Of a stretch of DNA of 47,278 bases, positions 19,337-28,479 are shown in pieces. Source of the stretch: a virus (lineage: Duplodnaviria > Caudoviricetes); the IMG/VR virus record IMGVR_UViG_3300047403_000022, positions 1-47,278 of that record, one strand, 5' to 3'. Position numbers and translations under genes: made by a program. The notes beneath the pieces were generated by a model. It was not told the DNA's origin, did no database searches, and saw nothing but the letters and a program-made list of their open reading frames with translations. The stretch's first letter is position 1. Each line of letters starts with the position of its first letter.

Positions 19337-21747
19337 TGAGTATTCCAGGAAGTGCAGAACCGCTTCTTCTTGCACAACAGGACACAGGTTATAGGGTAGA
19401 AAGAAGCCTTCGTTTCAACAGTAGTGACAGTGCCTACTTGTCCAGAGTAGCGGGGTCTCCTACTTCTTCCGGCACATGGACCTTTAGCGTTTGGATCAAA
19501 AGGGCAACCCTAGGCGTAGACACAGCAATCATTGGAGGTAGAGTTAGCGGTACTGCTACTCAGATATATTTCAAGTCGGATAATACAATTCGGTGGTATG
19601 AGAACAGCGCTGATTTTAGCACAACCGCTGTTTTTAGAGATGTCTCTTCTTGGTATCACTTTGTATTTACCAAGAACGGATCAACTTCTTGCACTATTTA
19701 TGTTAACGGCGTTCAGCTTCAGCAAAACACTACAAGCATTCCTTTGACATCTCCCTTCAATACGAGTGGTGCAGATTTGTTTATGGGAGCGGTGGGACTT
19801 CTGCCTTCAGGTGTTTCCTTTTACGCGGGCCACTATTTTGCTGACGCTTTTTTCATCGACGGCCAAGCCCTAACCCCCACCAGTTTCGGTGAGTTCGACG
19901 CCACCACCGGCGTGTGGAACCCTAAAACCCCCACCGGACTGAGCTACGGCACCAACGGCTTCCACCTTGATTTTGCCGACAACAGCAGCAACACCGCCAC
20001 CACATTAGGGAAGGACAGTTCTGGCAACAGCAATAACTGGACGCCGAATAACCTCTCCGTCACCGCAGGTGCAGGCAACGACTCCCTCGTAGACACCCCA
20101 ACCAACGGCACCGCATCCAGCGGCGGCGATGCTGGTGGGGTTGTGGTGGGGAATTATGCGACGTTGAATCCGTTGGACAAAGGATCAAGCGTCACCCTGA
20201 CCAATGGAAACCTTGATGTTTCCACCGCGTCTACCTGGAACTCAGTAAGGGCAACATTCGGTATCACTAGCGGTAAATGGTATTGGGAATACACCATGAC
20301 CGCCGCTGGTTACACAATGGTAGGCATTGGCACTCGGGTTATTGATTTGGCTGGCTACATCGGTCAGAGCTCTGCCGGTTACGCCTACTACTCGCTGAAT
20401 GGAAATAAATGGAACAGTGGAACAGCAGCAGCTTACGGAAACTCTTTCACTACGAACGATGTGATCGGCGTTGCCTTTGATGCTGATTCTGGGAAGATCT
20501 GGTTTTCCAAAAACGGAACGTGGCAAGCAAGTGGCGACCCTGCCGCAGGAACCAATGCAGCCTATAGCAGTATCTCAAGTGCAACTTACTTCCCTACGAT
20601 TTCGCAAGACAACTCCTTACCTGCTACCACAGGTGGATCATTAAACGCAGGATCTCGCCCCTTCGCCTACGCCGCCCCCAGCGGGTTCAAGTCGCTCAAC
20701 ACCGCCAACCTGCCCACGCCCACGATCCTCAAGGGCAGCGATTACTTCCAAACATTATTGATCACTGGTGCCAACCAAGCCTACACCGGGCTGAATTTCT
20801 CCCCGGATTTTCTGTGGTTTAAGCGTCGCGACAACATTGAGTTCCACTATTTGTTTGACGCTGTTCGCGGCGGGGCAGCTCTGCTGCGCTCCAACCTGAC
20901 CGACGCCGAATCAACCGGCACGACCTATATTTCGGCTTTTGGCAGCACCGGGTTCACCACCACCAACAATATCCTTACCAACTCAGCATCTTACGCCGCC
21001 TGGTGCTGGGACGCCGGTTCTTCTAACTCAACAAACACCGCAGGCAGCATCACTTCTACGGTGAGGGCAAATGCTAGTGCGGGGTTCTCGATTGTTACTT
21101 ATACCAGTTCTGGCGGAAATAAGACTGTTGGTCATGGGCTGGGAGTAGCACCAGCACTTGTAATCGTTAAAAATCGTTCAATAAGTGGAGACGGCTGGGC
21201 TGTCTATCATTCAAGCATCCCTGCTACGCAATGGCTGCGACTTAATACAACTAGCGCCGCGACGACAGACACAAGTATATGGAACAGCACTGCGCCAACA
21301 AGTGGCTTACTTAGTTTTGGATCGGCGGGCGAAGTCAATTCCGCTGGAGGCTACAACTACGTCGCCTACTGCTTCGCCCCAGTAGCCGGGTACTCTTCTT
21401 TTGGCAGCTACACCGGCAACGGCAGCGCAGATGGTCCGTTTGTGTTCTGTGGTTTCCGTCCTAGGTATTTGTTGATTAAAAACACAAGCACTTCTGGCGA
21501 TCCTTGGATTGTTAGAGACACGGCTCGTGATACATATAATTCAGGGACCTCAGCAAAGCTTGCTCCCAACGAAAGCTACGAGGAAAACAATTCAGCATAT
21601 ATTGGCACCTCCACTCAAACACTAGTCGATTTTGTTAGCAATGGATTTAAAGTAAGATCAACTGGGAATATTTCAAATACCTCAAGTTATACCTACATCT
21701 ACGCCGCCTTTGCCGAAAACCCCTTCTCCATCGCCCGCGCCCGGTGA
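19336..21747 (+). CDS. Second tail fibre / receptor-binding protein with LamG/ConA-like and SPRY-like domains
   Basis: SLRFNS.DSAYLSR, WT.S.WIKR, FRDVSSWYH, SGKWYWE, GVAFDADSGKIWFSKNG and YIYAAFAENPF. Confidence 0.8.
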   Translation: MSIPGSAEPLLLAQQDTGYRVERSLRFNSSDSAYLSRVAGSPTSSGTWTFSVWIKRATLGVDTAIIGGRVSGTATQIYFKSDNTIRWYENSADFSTTAVFRDVSSWYHFVFTKNGSTSCTIYVNGVQLQQNTTSIPLTSPFNTSGADLFMGAVGLLPSGVSFYAGHYFADAFFIDGQALTPTSFGEFDATTGVWNPKTPTGLSYGTNGFHLDFADNSSNTATTLGKDSSGNSNNWTPNNLSVTAGAGNDSLVDTPTNGTASSGGDAGGVVVGNYATLNPLDKGSSVTLTNGNLDVSTASTWNSVRATFGITSGKWYWEYTMTAAGYTMVGIGTRVIDLAGYIGQSSAGYAYYSLNGNKWNSGTAAAYGNSFTTNDVIGVAFDADSGKIWFSKNGTWQASGDPAAGTNAAYSSISSATYFPTISQDNSLPATTGGSLNAGSRPFAYAAPSGFKSLNTANLPTPTILKGSDYFQTLLITGANQAYTGLNFSPDFLWFKRRDNIEFHYLFDAVRGGAALLRSNLTDAESTGTTYISAFGSTGFTTTNNILTNSASYAAWCWDAGSSNSTNTAGSITSTVRANASAGFSIVTYTSSGGNKTVGHGLGVAPALVIVKNRSISGDGWAVYHSSIPATQWLRLNTTSAATTDTSIWNSTAPTSGLLSFGSAGEVNSAGGYNYVAYCFAPVAGYSSFGSYTGNGSADGPFVFCGFRPRYLLIKNTSTSGDPWIVRDTARDTYNSGTSAKLAPNESYEENNSAYIGTSTQTLVDFVSNGFKVRSTGNISNTSSYTYIYAAFAENPFSIARAR

Positions 21748-21831
21748 TGACGTGTCAGCAAAAACCCGATTCTTTAACACGTGGCGCTGGACGTGTTAAC
21801 CAGCCCACCATCGTAGAGAACAAGACTAATC

Positions 21832-22311
21832 ATGTTTATTCTTAACAATCAGCCCCTGTCATTGGATCGGGGTTTTACAACTGAAGATGGGACACAGTAC
21901 CCAGCAAATTGGCTGAGATTATCGAGTCCTGAGGAGCGGGAAGCTATTGGAATCACAGAGGCCGAAGATGAACCTTGGTACGACCAACGCTTCTACTGGG
22001 GTGTAGGCAATCCAAAGGACCACGCTCAACTCGTGGAGCAATGGGTCGGTCAAACCAAACAAGCAGCAGCATCCCTACTCAGCCAATACGATTGGTATAT
22101 CACCCGTCAATCAGAAACTGGTAAAGCTGTACCTCAGGAAGTCTTGACCTATCGAGCTACTGTGCGTACTCAATCAGATAATCGTGAAGTCATGATTAAA
22201 GGTACTGCTGACACTGATCAACTTTATACAGTTATTACTGAGGACTTTGGAGGACTTTTCCCATGGCCTCGGGGACCATTTGAGCCAGCTCCTACTATTG
22301 ATGAACCATGA
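21832..22311 (+). CDS. Putative tail fibre assembly chaperone
   Basis: Follows the fibre gene; GTQYPANWL, LLSQYDWY..R and YRA.VR motifs. Confidence 0.6.
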   Translation: MFILNNQPLSLDRGFTTEDGTQYPANWLRLSSPEEREAIGITEAEDEPWYDQRFYWGVGNPKDHAQLVEQWVGQTKQAAASLLSQYDWYITRQSETGKAVPQEVLTYRATVRTQSDNREVMIKGTADTDQLYTVITEDFGGLFPWPRGPFEPAPTIDEP

Positions 22312-22508
22312 TCACCCTATTTGGCGTCAAGGTCTCTTATGAGGCCTTGGCTTTTTTCATTCTCTTTCTGGCGTCTGAGTATATCGGACTTAATAAAAAA
22401 CTTCGCTCTAATAGCGTTGCCCAAGTAATTGTTAGAGCAGCCCGTCTTTCTCGCCCATACCGTAAAGAAGACGACAAACTACGACAAATATGGAAGATCC
22501 TAAAATGA
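22308..22508 (+). CDS. Small membrane protein, holin candidate
   Basis: N-terminal hydrophobic helix and basic tail; directly before the endolysin. Confidence 0.55.
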   Translation: MITLFGVKVSYEALAFFILFLASEYIGLNKKLRSNSVAQVIVRAARLSRPYRKEDDKLRQIWKILK

Positions 22509-23068
22509 GTATTAAATTACTTGATGTCGTTAAAAACTTTAAAAACCTACCTCACCAAGTAAAGGCTATTCAACAACTGGAAGCTCTTCTTGATGCAGAT
22601 GTTACAGCTGATTCTGCTGAATGGGTAAGGACTTGGCGTTCTGCACCATCTGCAGCTCCTAGTCAATTTACTAATACTTGGGAAGGTATTGAAGCTGCAG
22701 CTAAGGCAGCTGGTGCTAAGTATCCAGAAGTAGTTGCAGCACAATGGGCACTTGAAAGTGCTTATGGATCAGCTTTATCTGGTAAAAACAACTACTTCGG
22801 TATCAAAGGTACAGGGACAGTCAAGACAACCTGGGAGGACTATGGTAATGGTCCTGTGACTATCAAAGCTTCCTTTAGGGACTTTGACACTCCATTTGAC
22901 TGTGTTAATCATCTTGTTACCCAGTGGTATAAGGACTATAAAGGTTACAAAGGCGTCAACCGAGCCACCTCACGTGAAGACTGTGCCTATCTTTTGAAAA
23001 GAGAAGGTTATGCAACTGATCCAGTCTACGCACAGAAGTTGATTCGATTGATGGAGCAGCATGATTGA
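22505..23068 (+). CDS. Endolysin, GH73 glucosaminidase-like
   Basis: VVAAQWALES, SGKNNYFGIKG and EGYATDPVY; ATG at 22505 overlaps the previous stop. Confidence 0.88.
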   Translation: MSIKLLDVVKNFKNLPHQVKAIQQLEALLDADVTADSAEWVRTWRSAPSAAPSQFTNTWEGIEAAAKAAGAKYPEVVAAQWALESAYGSALSGKNNYFGIKGTGTVKTTWEDYGNGPVTIKASFRDFDTPFDCVNHLVTQWYKDYKGYKGVNRATSREDCAYLLKREGYATDPVYAQKLIRLMEQHD

Positions 23069-23306
23069 GGCTCTCATTACGGGAGCTATCTCTCTCGTTC
23101 TTGGTGCCGGAGGGGGAGTGATAGCTCTCCATAGTCGAACTAACTCACGTATGGATCAACTCGATAAACGCATGGATGGCATTGAACTACGTTTTGCTGA
23201 GAAGTATGTTCCAAGGCAGGAACTAGCTAATGCACTCCAGAAGATGGAGGATCACATGATTCGCATTGAGAATAAACTTGATCAGATAGTACTACGTAAT
23301 GGCTAA
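23061..23306 (+). CDS. Membrane-anchored coiled-coil protein (lysis-associated candidate)
   Basis: N-terminal TM segment and RIENKLD coiled coil; lies between endolysin and terS. Confidence 0.6.
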   Translation: MIEALITGAISLVLGAGGGVIALHSRTNSRMDQLDKRMDGIELRFAEKYVPRQELANALQKMEDHMIRIENKLDQIVLRNG

Positions 23307-23550
23307 GAAGAAAGCAACGGAGGACATGTTTAATGACCTCCACAATATGGTCACACAAGAACTGATTGATCGTATTAAAAGTGGTAGTGCTTCTACAGCT
23401 GACCTTAAAGCAGCTTGTGATTGGCTAGCTAAGAATGACATCTCTGGGGTTGCTTATGAAGGTAACCCTCTTGATAAGCTTGCAACAATTATGCCAAAGA
23501 TAGATCCAGAACTTGTACAAAAGAGGCTCTATGGCAGACAAACAGTCTAA
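23299..23550 (+). CDS. Terminase small subunit, T7 gp18-like
   Basis: KATED.FN.LH..VT.E.I.RIKSG.A.TADLKAACDWL..NDI motif. Confidence 0.85.
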   Translation: MAKKKATEDMFNDLHNMVTQELIDRIKSGSASTADLKAACDWLAKNDISGVAYEGNPLDKLATIMPKIDPELVQKRLYGRQTV

Positions 23551-23869
23551 GGAAAAACTATTACAAATACTCAATCGTCTTGGTCAGTACCCACAAGCAG
23601 ATACTCCACGTAGGAACCAATCTATGGATCCTATGCCTACCTATACAGATAGGAGTACATTTGATCAAGATGGTTCTAACTCTGATTGGCAGGGCAGAAC
23701 ACGTATCGCTCCTGGTACTAGAGACAGGATGCCAGGTACTAGCCCAGACATGCCTAAATCAAAACTTGAGTACCTGCTAAGACAGCTTAGGATTATCCCT
23801 ACACCTAAAGCAAAGGATAAGCGTCCAGAAGTAAGACATCCTGGAGATAAGTATGTCAACTACATCTGA
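23531..23869 (+). CDS. Hypothetical Pro/basic-rich protein
   Basis: ATG at 23531 with GAGG upstream. Confidence 0.6.
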   Translation: MADKQSKEKLLQILNRLGQYPQADTPRRNQSMDPMPTYTDRSTFDQDGSNSDWQGRTRIAPGTRDRMPGTSPDMPKSKLEYLLRQLRIIPTPKAKDKRPEVRHPGDKYVNYI

Positions 23870-24107
23870 ATACTACAAGAAGAATCCTGCTGCTAGGAAG
23901 CGTCGTCTTAAGCAACAGGCTAAATATAACAGGACAAAGGATGGACTTAAGATCCGTACCGAAGCTAACCAGCTAAATAGAAAGCTTGGTACTTACGGTA
24001 ACGGTGATGGGATGGATGCCTCCCATACAGGTCCTGATAAAGGGAAGCTTGAGTCCCCTAAGGCTAACCGTACTAGACCTCGTAAAGGTAAGAAGTATGC
24101 CAAATAA
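23853..24107 (+). CDS. Basic hypothetical protein with a degenerate HNH-like motif
   Basis: GNGDGMDASH...LESPKANR resembles the D.SH...N.R core of small phage HNH-like proteins. Confidence 0.6.
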   Translation: MSTTSEYYKKNPAARKRRLKQQAKYNRTKDGLKIRTEANQLNRKLGTYGNGDGMDASHTGPDKGKLESPKANRTRPRKGKKYAK

Positions 24108-24690
24108 GAACATACGAAGTCCAGAAATGGACACTGCTGTTCGGTTGCTGACTGATGGTACGTTTAGTAAATGGGCAGGTAGAAAGGTCCCTGCTTTTAC
24201 TCTTCAACAAGCTGCTGCATTACTAGGCAATGCTATGCACGAAACTGGTTCTCCAAACCTTACCAAGCTTGATGTTATCGAACAAGGTAATGGTGGAGCT
24301 GGTCGTGGGATGATGCAGTACACAGGCCCTAGGCGTGATGCATACGATAGAGCTAGGCCTGGGCCTGACATACGCAGTCAACTTAGATATGCGGCTGAAG
24401 AGTACGCTGGTAGACATGATCCAAACGGTAATTCACTTGTCGGATATACCAAAGCTTTAGAAACTGCTCCACGTAATGATGTTACTGCCGCTACTAATCA
24501 CTTACTTCAAAACTACTTTGCACCAGCTGATCCCAACGCTAGTCGTCAAGAACGGATTAACAATGCAAAGAATGTACTAAGTATCTACCAGCAGCTTACA
24601 AAGCCTAAACCAAAACCTCAATCTAAACCACAACCTAAACCATCTGATCCGCTTTCAAGCATCTTGAGGATCCTTGGTGTTACCAAGTAA
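24097..24690 (+). CDS. Phage tail-lysozyme-like domain protein with PK-rich tail
   Basis: AAALLGNAMHETG, GRGMMQYTGPRR, QLRY..EE and ERINNA. Confidence 0.72.
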   Translation: MPNKNIRSPEMDTAVRLLTDGTFSKWAGRKVPAFTLQQAAALLGNAMHETGSPNLTKLDVIEQGNGGAGRGMMQYTGPRRDAYDRARPGPDIRSQLRYAAEEYAGRHDPNGNSLVGYTKALETAPRNDVTAATNHLLQNYFAPADPNASRQERINNAKNVLSIYQQLTKPKPKPQSKPQPKPSDPLSSILRILGVTK

Positions 24691-24720
24691 ACACTAACCT
24701 GTACACTAACGCATAGAACT

Positions 24721-25143
24721 ATGGCAGCACAAACAACGAATAAGCCGAAGGGTCCGTTGTACAACAAGACTTTCAGTGACTGGGAGAAAGAGCGAGCACT
24801 TCGTAAAGAAAAACAAGACGCAGCAGCTGCTGCTACACCTAAGCCAGCTCCTAAGAACACTGTACGTCGCCCTACTGGTAGGGAAGAGATGATACAGCGT
24901 AATATTGCTAAATCTAAGGAACGAGCCAATACTTCAGTTGGCTCAGTAAAAGGTTCTTTAGACAGTAAGACTGAACCTCGTAGTAAGCAACCAAAGGGTG
25001 ATCCTGTAGATATTCGTACAACTAGACGTGGTACTGATTTTGGTGGAGCAGGTAATGCTGAGATCCAAGGTAAGGCTGTAGAAAACTACGCACGTCAAAA
25101 GAAGAAGGAACGAGAAGGTCAAAGCAACATTGTTGGTGGTTGA
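24721..25143 (+). CDS. Hypothetical basic low-complexity protein
   Basis: 140-aa ORF flanked by ACCTGT(A/C)CACTAA repeats. Confidence 0.7.
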   Translation: MAAQTTNKPKGPLYNKTFSDWEKERALRKEKQDAAAAATPKPAPKNTVRRPTGREEMIQRNIAKSKERANTSVGSVKGSLDSKTEPRSKQPKGDPVDIRTTRRGTDFGGAGNAEIQGKAVENYARQKKKEREGQSNIVGG

Positions 25144-25165
25144 CCTGTCCACTAAAGAACTTCAT

Positions 25166-25196
25166 GCCGCTCCGAAATGGGGCGGTTTTTTTTTTT
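25166..25196 (+). terminator. Intrinsic terminator
   Basis: GCCGCTCC-GAAAT-GGGGCGG followed by 11 T. Confidence 0.88.
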
Positions 25197-25206
25197 GTAC
25201 ATGTAA

Positions 25207-26670
25207 ATGAGGCAAAACAGAATAGATGTAGCTGTTGCCACAAGGCCAGTTAACAGTACATTAGATCTCAGATTTGCAGATAATGTTCGCCGAAACTTAT
25301 ACCCCAGCACTTTCACTAACTATTCAGAACTATTAGCTTACCTAAACTATCTACATCAACAAGGGCTAACTAAAGATCAGATTGAAGAAAGGGTTCGCAT
25401 TAAAACTGCCCGTGATTTTAGTTACGCCAAAGGTAAGGGATTTTCCCTTAATACTCGTCGTATGGCGGAGCTTATTCCGCAAGGTCTTATAGATCATATT
25501 GGCGATCAAGAGGCTGCGGGACGCATCCCTGAGGGAACTCTACAAAGATACATTGATGATGTGTATAGGACCTGGAATGACTCTAGTAAACGGTCGTGGG
25601 AGTTGACTCAAAATGGTCTAGGTTATTGGGAAAACGGCCACTGGATTGCAGCTAAAGATATTAACAGCATTGGACCTACTACTGGACGCAATGCTAATCC
25701 TGAGCTAAAAAATAACTTTCTTGATATTACTGGTGTAGAAGTTAAAGGTAACACAGGTCACAGTAATAGTCCTAGAGCCAATATGAGTATAGAAGATGCT
25801 CGTACAGTTGGAATACCAACAAATTGGTTAGAAGACTTTTACGAATTTCTCTTGAGGGATCCAGTACTCAACGGAACAGGCGTCAATATGGGAGCTGGCT
25901 TAGGCAGACCATTGACAGATGCTGAAGCTATGCGGCTTGATAGTAGGACAGTTACTCCTGGTCAACTTGTTGCACAAGTTAGACTAGAAAATGAATTAAA
26001 AGCACAAGGAGTTACAGAAAAGCCAAACATAAACCTAACTAAAGCTGGAAAGGTTACGACAATACGCCCTGCAACTTTTCCAAATGTATCTAGGTCAACT
26101 AGAAGAATTGATCTACCGGATAATTATGGCAACCCTACGACTTCTCAAAACCTAAAGATATCATCTTCTAATGCATCAGCAGTCACGCCCCGTTTAACTA
26201 TAAAACCTCCGGCTAACGCTCAAATAGCTAAACACACGGCTGGTGTGGCTCCTCCTCCAAGGCCTTCTCTAACAATCACTAAACCAGCAGCTAAACACAA
26301 TCCAGCACCAGTTAATCCAGCAAATAAACCGCTACAAGGTGGTATCTTAAATGCGATCCCTGACTTTATCAGTGCTGCTCAGAAAGGTGATGCTGGGGGT
26401 ATGTTTGATGCAGTGGCTGGTGGAGTACTAGAATCAGTAATGATGAGCGACAGGAACGGTCGTATTATTCACTCAGCATTCAACCAAAGTGTTGCAGATG
26501 GGACTCTTGAAGGCGCTATACAAAGAGGAGACTTCGGTTTACGTATTCCTAAGCAAAAGGACCTTACACCAGAACAATGGTCTTCGTACAAAGCTGGTGG
26601 TGGTGATGCCAAACTTAGACAAGGTCTAACCATTAACCAAGTAATCCTTCAAGGAAGAAAGAACAAATAA
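25207..26670 (+). CDS. Hypothetical 487-aa protein: possible HNH-like N-terminal half and Pro-rich linker
   Basis: Long ORF containing ENGHWIAA..G.TTGRNA.PE...N..HSN; function inferred only. Confidence 0.7.
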   Translation: MRQNRIDVAVATRPVNSTLDLRFADNVRRNLYPSTFTNYSELLAYLNYLHQQGLTKDQIEERVRIKTARDFSYAKGKGFSLNTRRMAELIPQGLIDHIGDQEAAGRIPEGTLQRYIDDVYRTWNDSSKRSWELTQNGLGYWENGHWIAAKDINSIGPTTGRNANPELKNNFLDITGVEVKGNTGHSNSPRANMSIEDARTVGIPTNWLEDFYEFLLRDPVLNGTGVNMGAGLGRPLTDAEAMRLDSRTVTPGQLVAQVRLENELKAQGVTEKPNINLTKAGKVTTIRPATFPNVSRSTRRIDLPDNYGNPTTSQNLKISSSNASAVTPRLTIKPPANAQIAKHTAGVAPPPRPSLTITKPAAKHNPAPVNPANKPLQGGILNAIPDFISAAQKGDAGGMFDAVAGGVLESVMMSDRNGRIIHSAFNQSVADGTLEGAIQRGDFGLRIPKQKDLTPEQWSSYKAGGGDAKLRQGLTINQVILQGRKNK

Positions 26671-26676
26671 CTCACG

Positions 26677-26711
26677 GAGAGGTACCTACAAGCCCCTACA
26701 AGGTGCCTCTC
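26677..26711 (+). promoter_or_regulatory. Hairpin upstream of terL (possible RNA processing site)
   Basis: GAGAGGTACCT pairs with AGGTGCCTCTC; no U-tract follows. Confidence 0.45.
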
Positions 26712-26736
26712 TATCCACTTAGGTATATCCTACCCT

Positions 26737-28473
26737 ATGAACACTTTAGATGCCCTTAGAGGCGATTTTAAGCTCTTCCTTCAAGCTTTATGGAATCAGC
26801 TAGAACTACCATCTCCGACAAGGGCTCAGTACGCTATCGCTGACTACCTACAGAACGGACCTAAGCGACTACAGATCCAAGCATTCCGAGGAGTCGGTAA
26901 GAGTTGGATCACTGGTGCCTTCGTTCTATGGACCTTGTTTAAAGACGCTGAAAAGAAGATCATGATCATCTCAGCTTCTAAAGAACGTGCTGATAACATG
27001 TCTATCTTTCTACAGAAGCTGATTATAGAGACACCTTGGTTAGCCCACCTAAGACCAAAGAGTGACGAAGCTAGATGGTCTCGGATTAGCTTTGATGTTA
27101 ATTGCTCTCCTCACCAAGCACCTTCAGTCAAGAGTGTTGGCATTACTGGTCAGCTTACTGGTAGTCGTGCAGACCTGATGATCTTGGATGATATTGAAGT
27201 TCCAGGTAACTCAATGACTGAGTTAATGAGAGAGAAGCTACTACAACTATGTACTGAAGCTGAGTCTATCCTGACACCAAAGAAAGACTCTCGGATCATG
27301 TATCTAGGTACACCACAGACAACCTTCACTGTCTATCGAAAGCTAGCTGAACGTAACTATAAACCCTTTGTCTGGCCTTCTAGGTATCCACGTAAAGACA
27401 AGCTATCTCAATACGAAGGACTGTTAGCACCACAGATCCATGAAGATTTAGAGATGGGTGCTGAGGAATGGGATGTTACAGACCCAGACAGATTCAGTAA
27501 TGACGACCTACTAGAGCGTGAAGCAGCTATGGGTCGTAGCAACTACATGTTGCAATTTCAATTAGACACAAGCCTTAGTGATGCTGAGAAGTTTCCACTT
27601 AAGATGGCTGATCTTGTTGTTACCTCTGTTAACCCTACCCAAGCTCCTGATGCCGTCGTATGGTGCTCCGATCCAAGGAACGTCATCAAAGACCTACCCA
27701 CAGTCGGTCTACCTGGAGATTATTTCTACTCTCCAATGGTACTGCAAGGAGAGTGGGGACCTTACACCGAAACGATCTGCTCAGTAGACCCTAGTGGTCG
27801 AGGTACCGACGAAACAGCAGCTACCTACATCTCACAAAAGAATGGCTTTCTCTACGTTCACGAAGTACGAGCTTATCGCGACGGTTATAGCGACAGTACA
27901 CTTCTTGACATCTTGCGTGGGTGTAAGCGGTACAATGTTACTAAACTACTCATCGAAACAAACTTCGGAGACGGTATCGTCGCAGAGCTGTTTAAAAAGC
28001 ACCTACAACAGACCAAACAAGCCATAGACGTAGAAGAAGTTAGAGCTAATGTCAGGAAGGAAGACCGAATCATTGATGCTCTAGAGCCTGTCATGAATCA
28101 ACATCGACTCATCATTGATAGGTCGGTAGTGGAGTGGGACTTCAACTCCAATAAAGACCAACCTCCAGAAGACAGACTCCTTTACATGCTCTTCTACCAG
28201 ATGAGTCGTATGTGTCGTGAAAAGGGAGCCGTTAAACACGACGACAGACTTGACTGTTTAGCTCAAGCTGTTAAGTACTTCACAGATGCTATGGGTATTA
28301 GTGCCTATGAAGCAGTTAAACAAAGACGACAAGAAGACTGGCAAGACATCCTTGATAGCTTCCTAGATGATCCTCAAGCTGCTACTAATCATCTTGTCTT
28401 TGGGATGAGTTTAGAGCAACGTAAACTAGCTAGAGGACAGCAAATTAAGAAGTCAGTCCCCACCTGGGTTTAG
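26737..28473 (+). CDS. Terminase large subunit, T7 gp19-like
   Basis: Walker A AFRGVGKSW, GSRAD...DDIE, LGTPQT, nuclease SVDPSGRGTDET and HDDRLD. Confidence 0.97.
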   Translation: MNTLDALRGDFKLFLQALWNQLELPSPTRAQYAIADYLQNGPKRLQIQAFRGVGKSWITGAFVLWTLFKDAEKKIMIISASKERADNMSIFLQKLIIETPWLAHLRPKSDEARWSRISFDVNCSPHQAPSVKSVGITGQLTGSRADLMILDDIEVPGNSMTELMREKLLQLCTEAESILTPKKDSRIMYLGTPQTTFTVYRKLAERNYKPFVWPSRYPRKDKLSQYEGLLAPQIHEDLEMGAEEWDVTDPDRFSNDDLLEREAAMGRSNYMLQFQLDTSLSDAEKFPLKMADLVVTSVNPTQAPDAVVWCSDPRNVIKDLPTVGLPGDYFYSPMVLQGEWGPYTETICSVDPSGRGTDETAATYISQKNGFLYVHEVRAYRDGYSDSTLLDILRGCKRYNVTKLLIETNFGDGIVAELFKKHLQQTKQAIDVEEVRANVRKEDRIIDALEPVMNQHRLIIDRSVVEWDFNSNKDQPPEDRLLYMLFYQMSRMCREKGAVKHDDRLDCLAQAVKYFTDAMGISAYEAVKQRRQEDWQDILDSFLDDPQAATNHLVFGMSLEQRKLARGQQIKKSVPTWV

Positions 28474-28479
28474 ACCAGA

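Noticed and set aside
19336-22311. Diversity-generating retroelement or invertase-switched tail fibre
   Set aside because: No reverse transcriptase, serine invertase, template/variable repeat pair or inverted fibre segment is visible.
24691-24711. Classical integron attC sites at the CACTAAC repeats
   Set aside because: They do not fit RYYYAAC...GTTRRRY with a paired hairpin, and the integrase shows no sign of the IntI-specific insertion; kept only as an unexplained junction motif.
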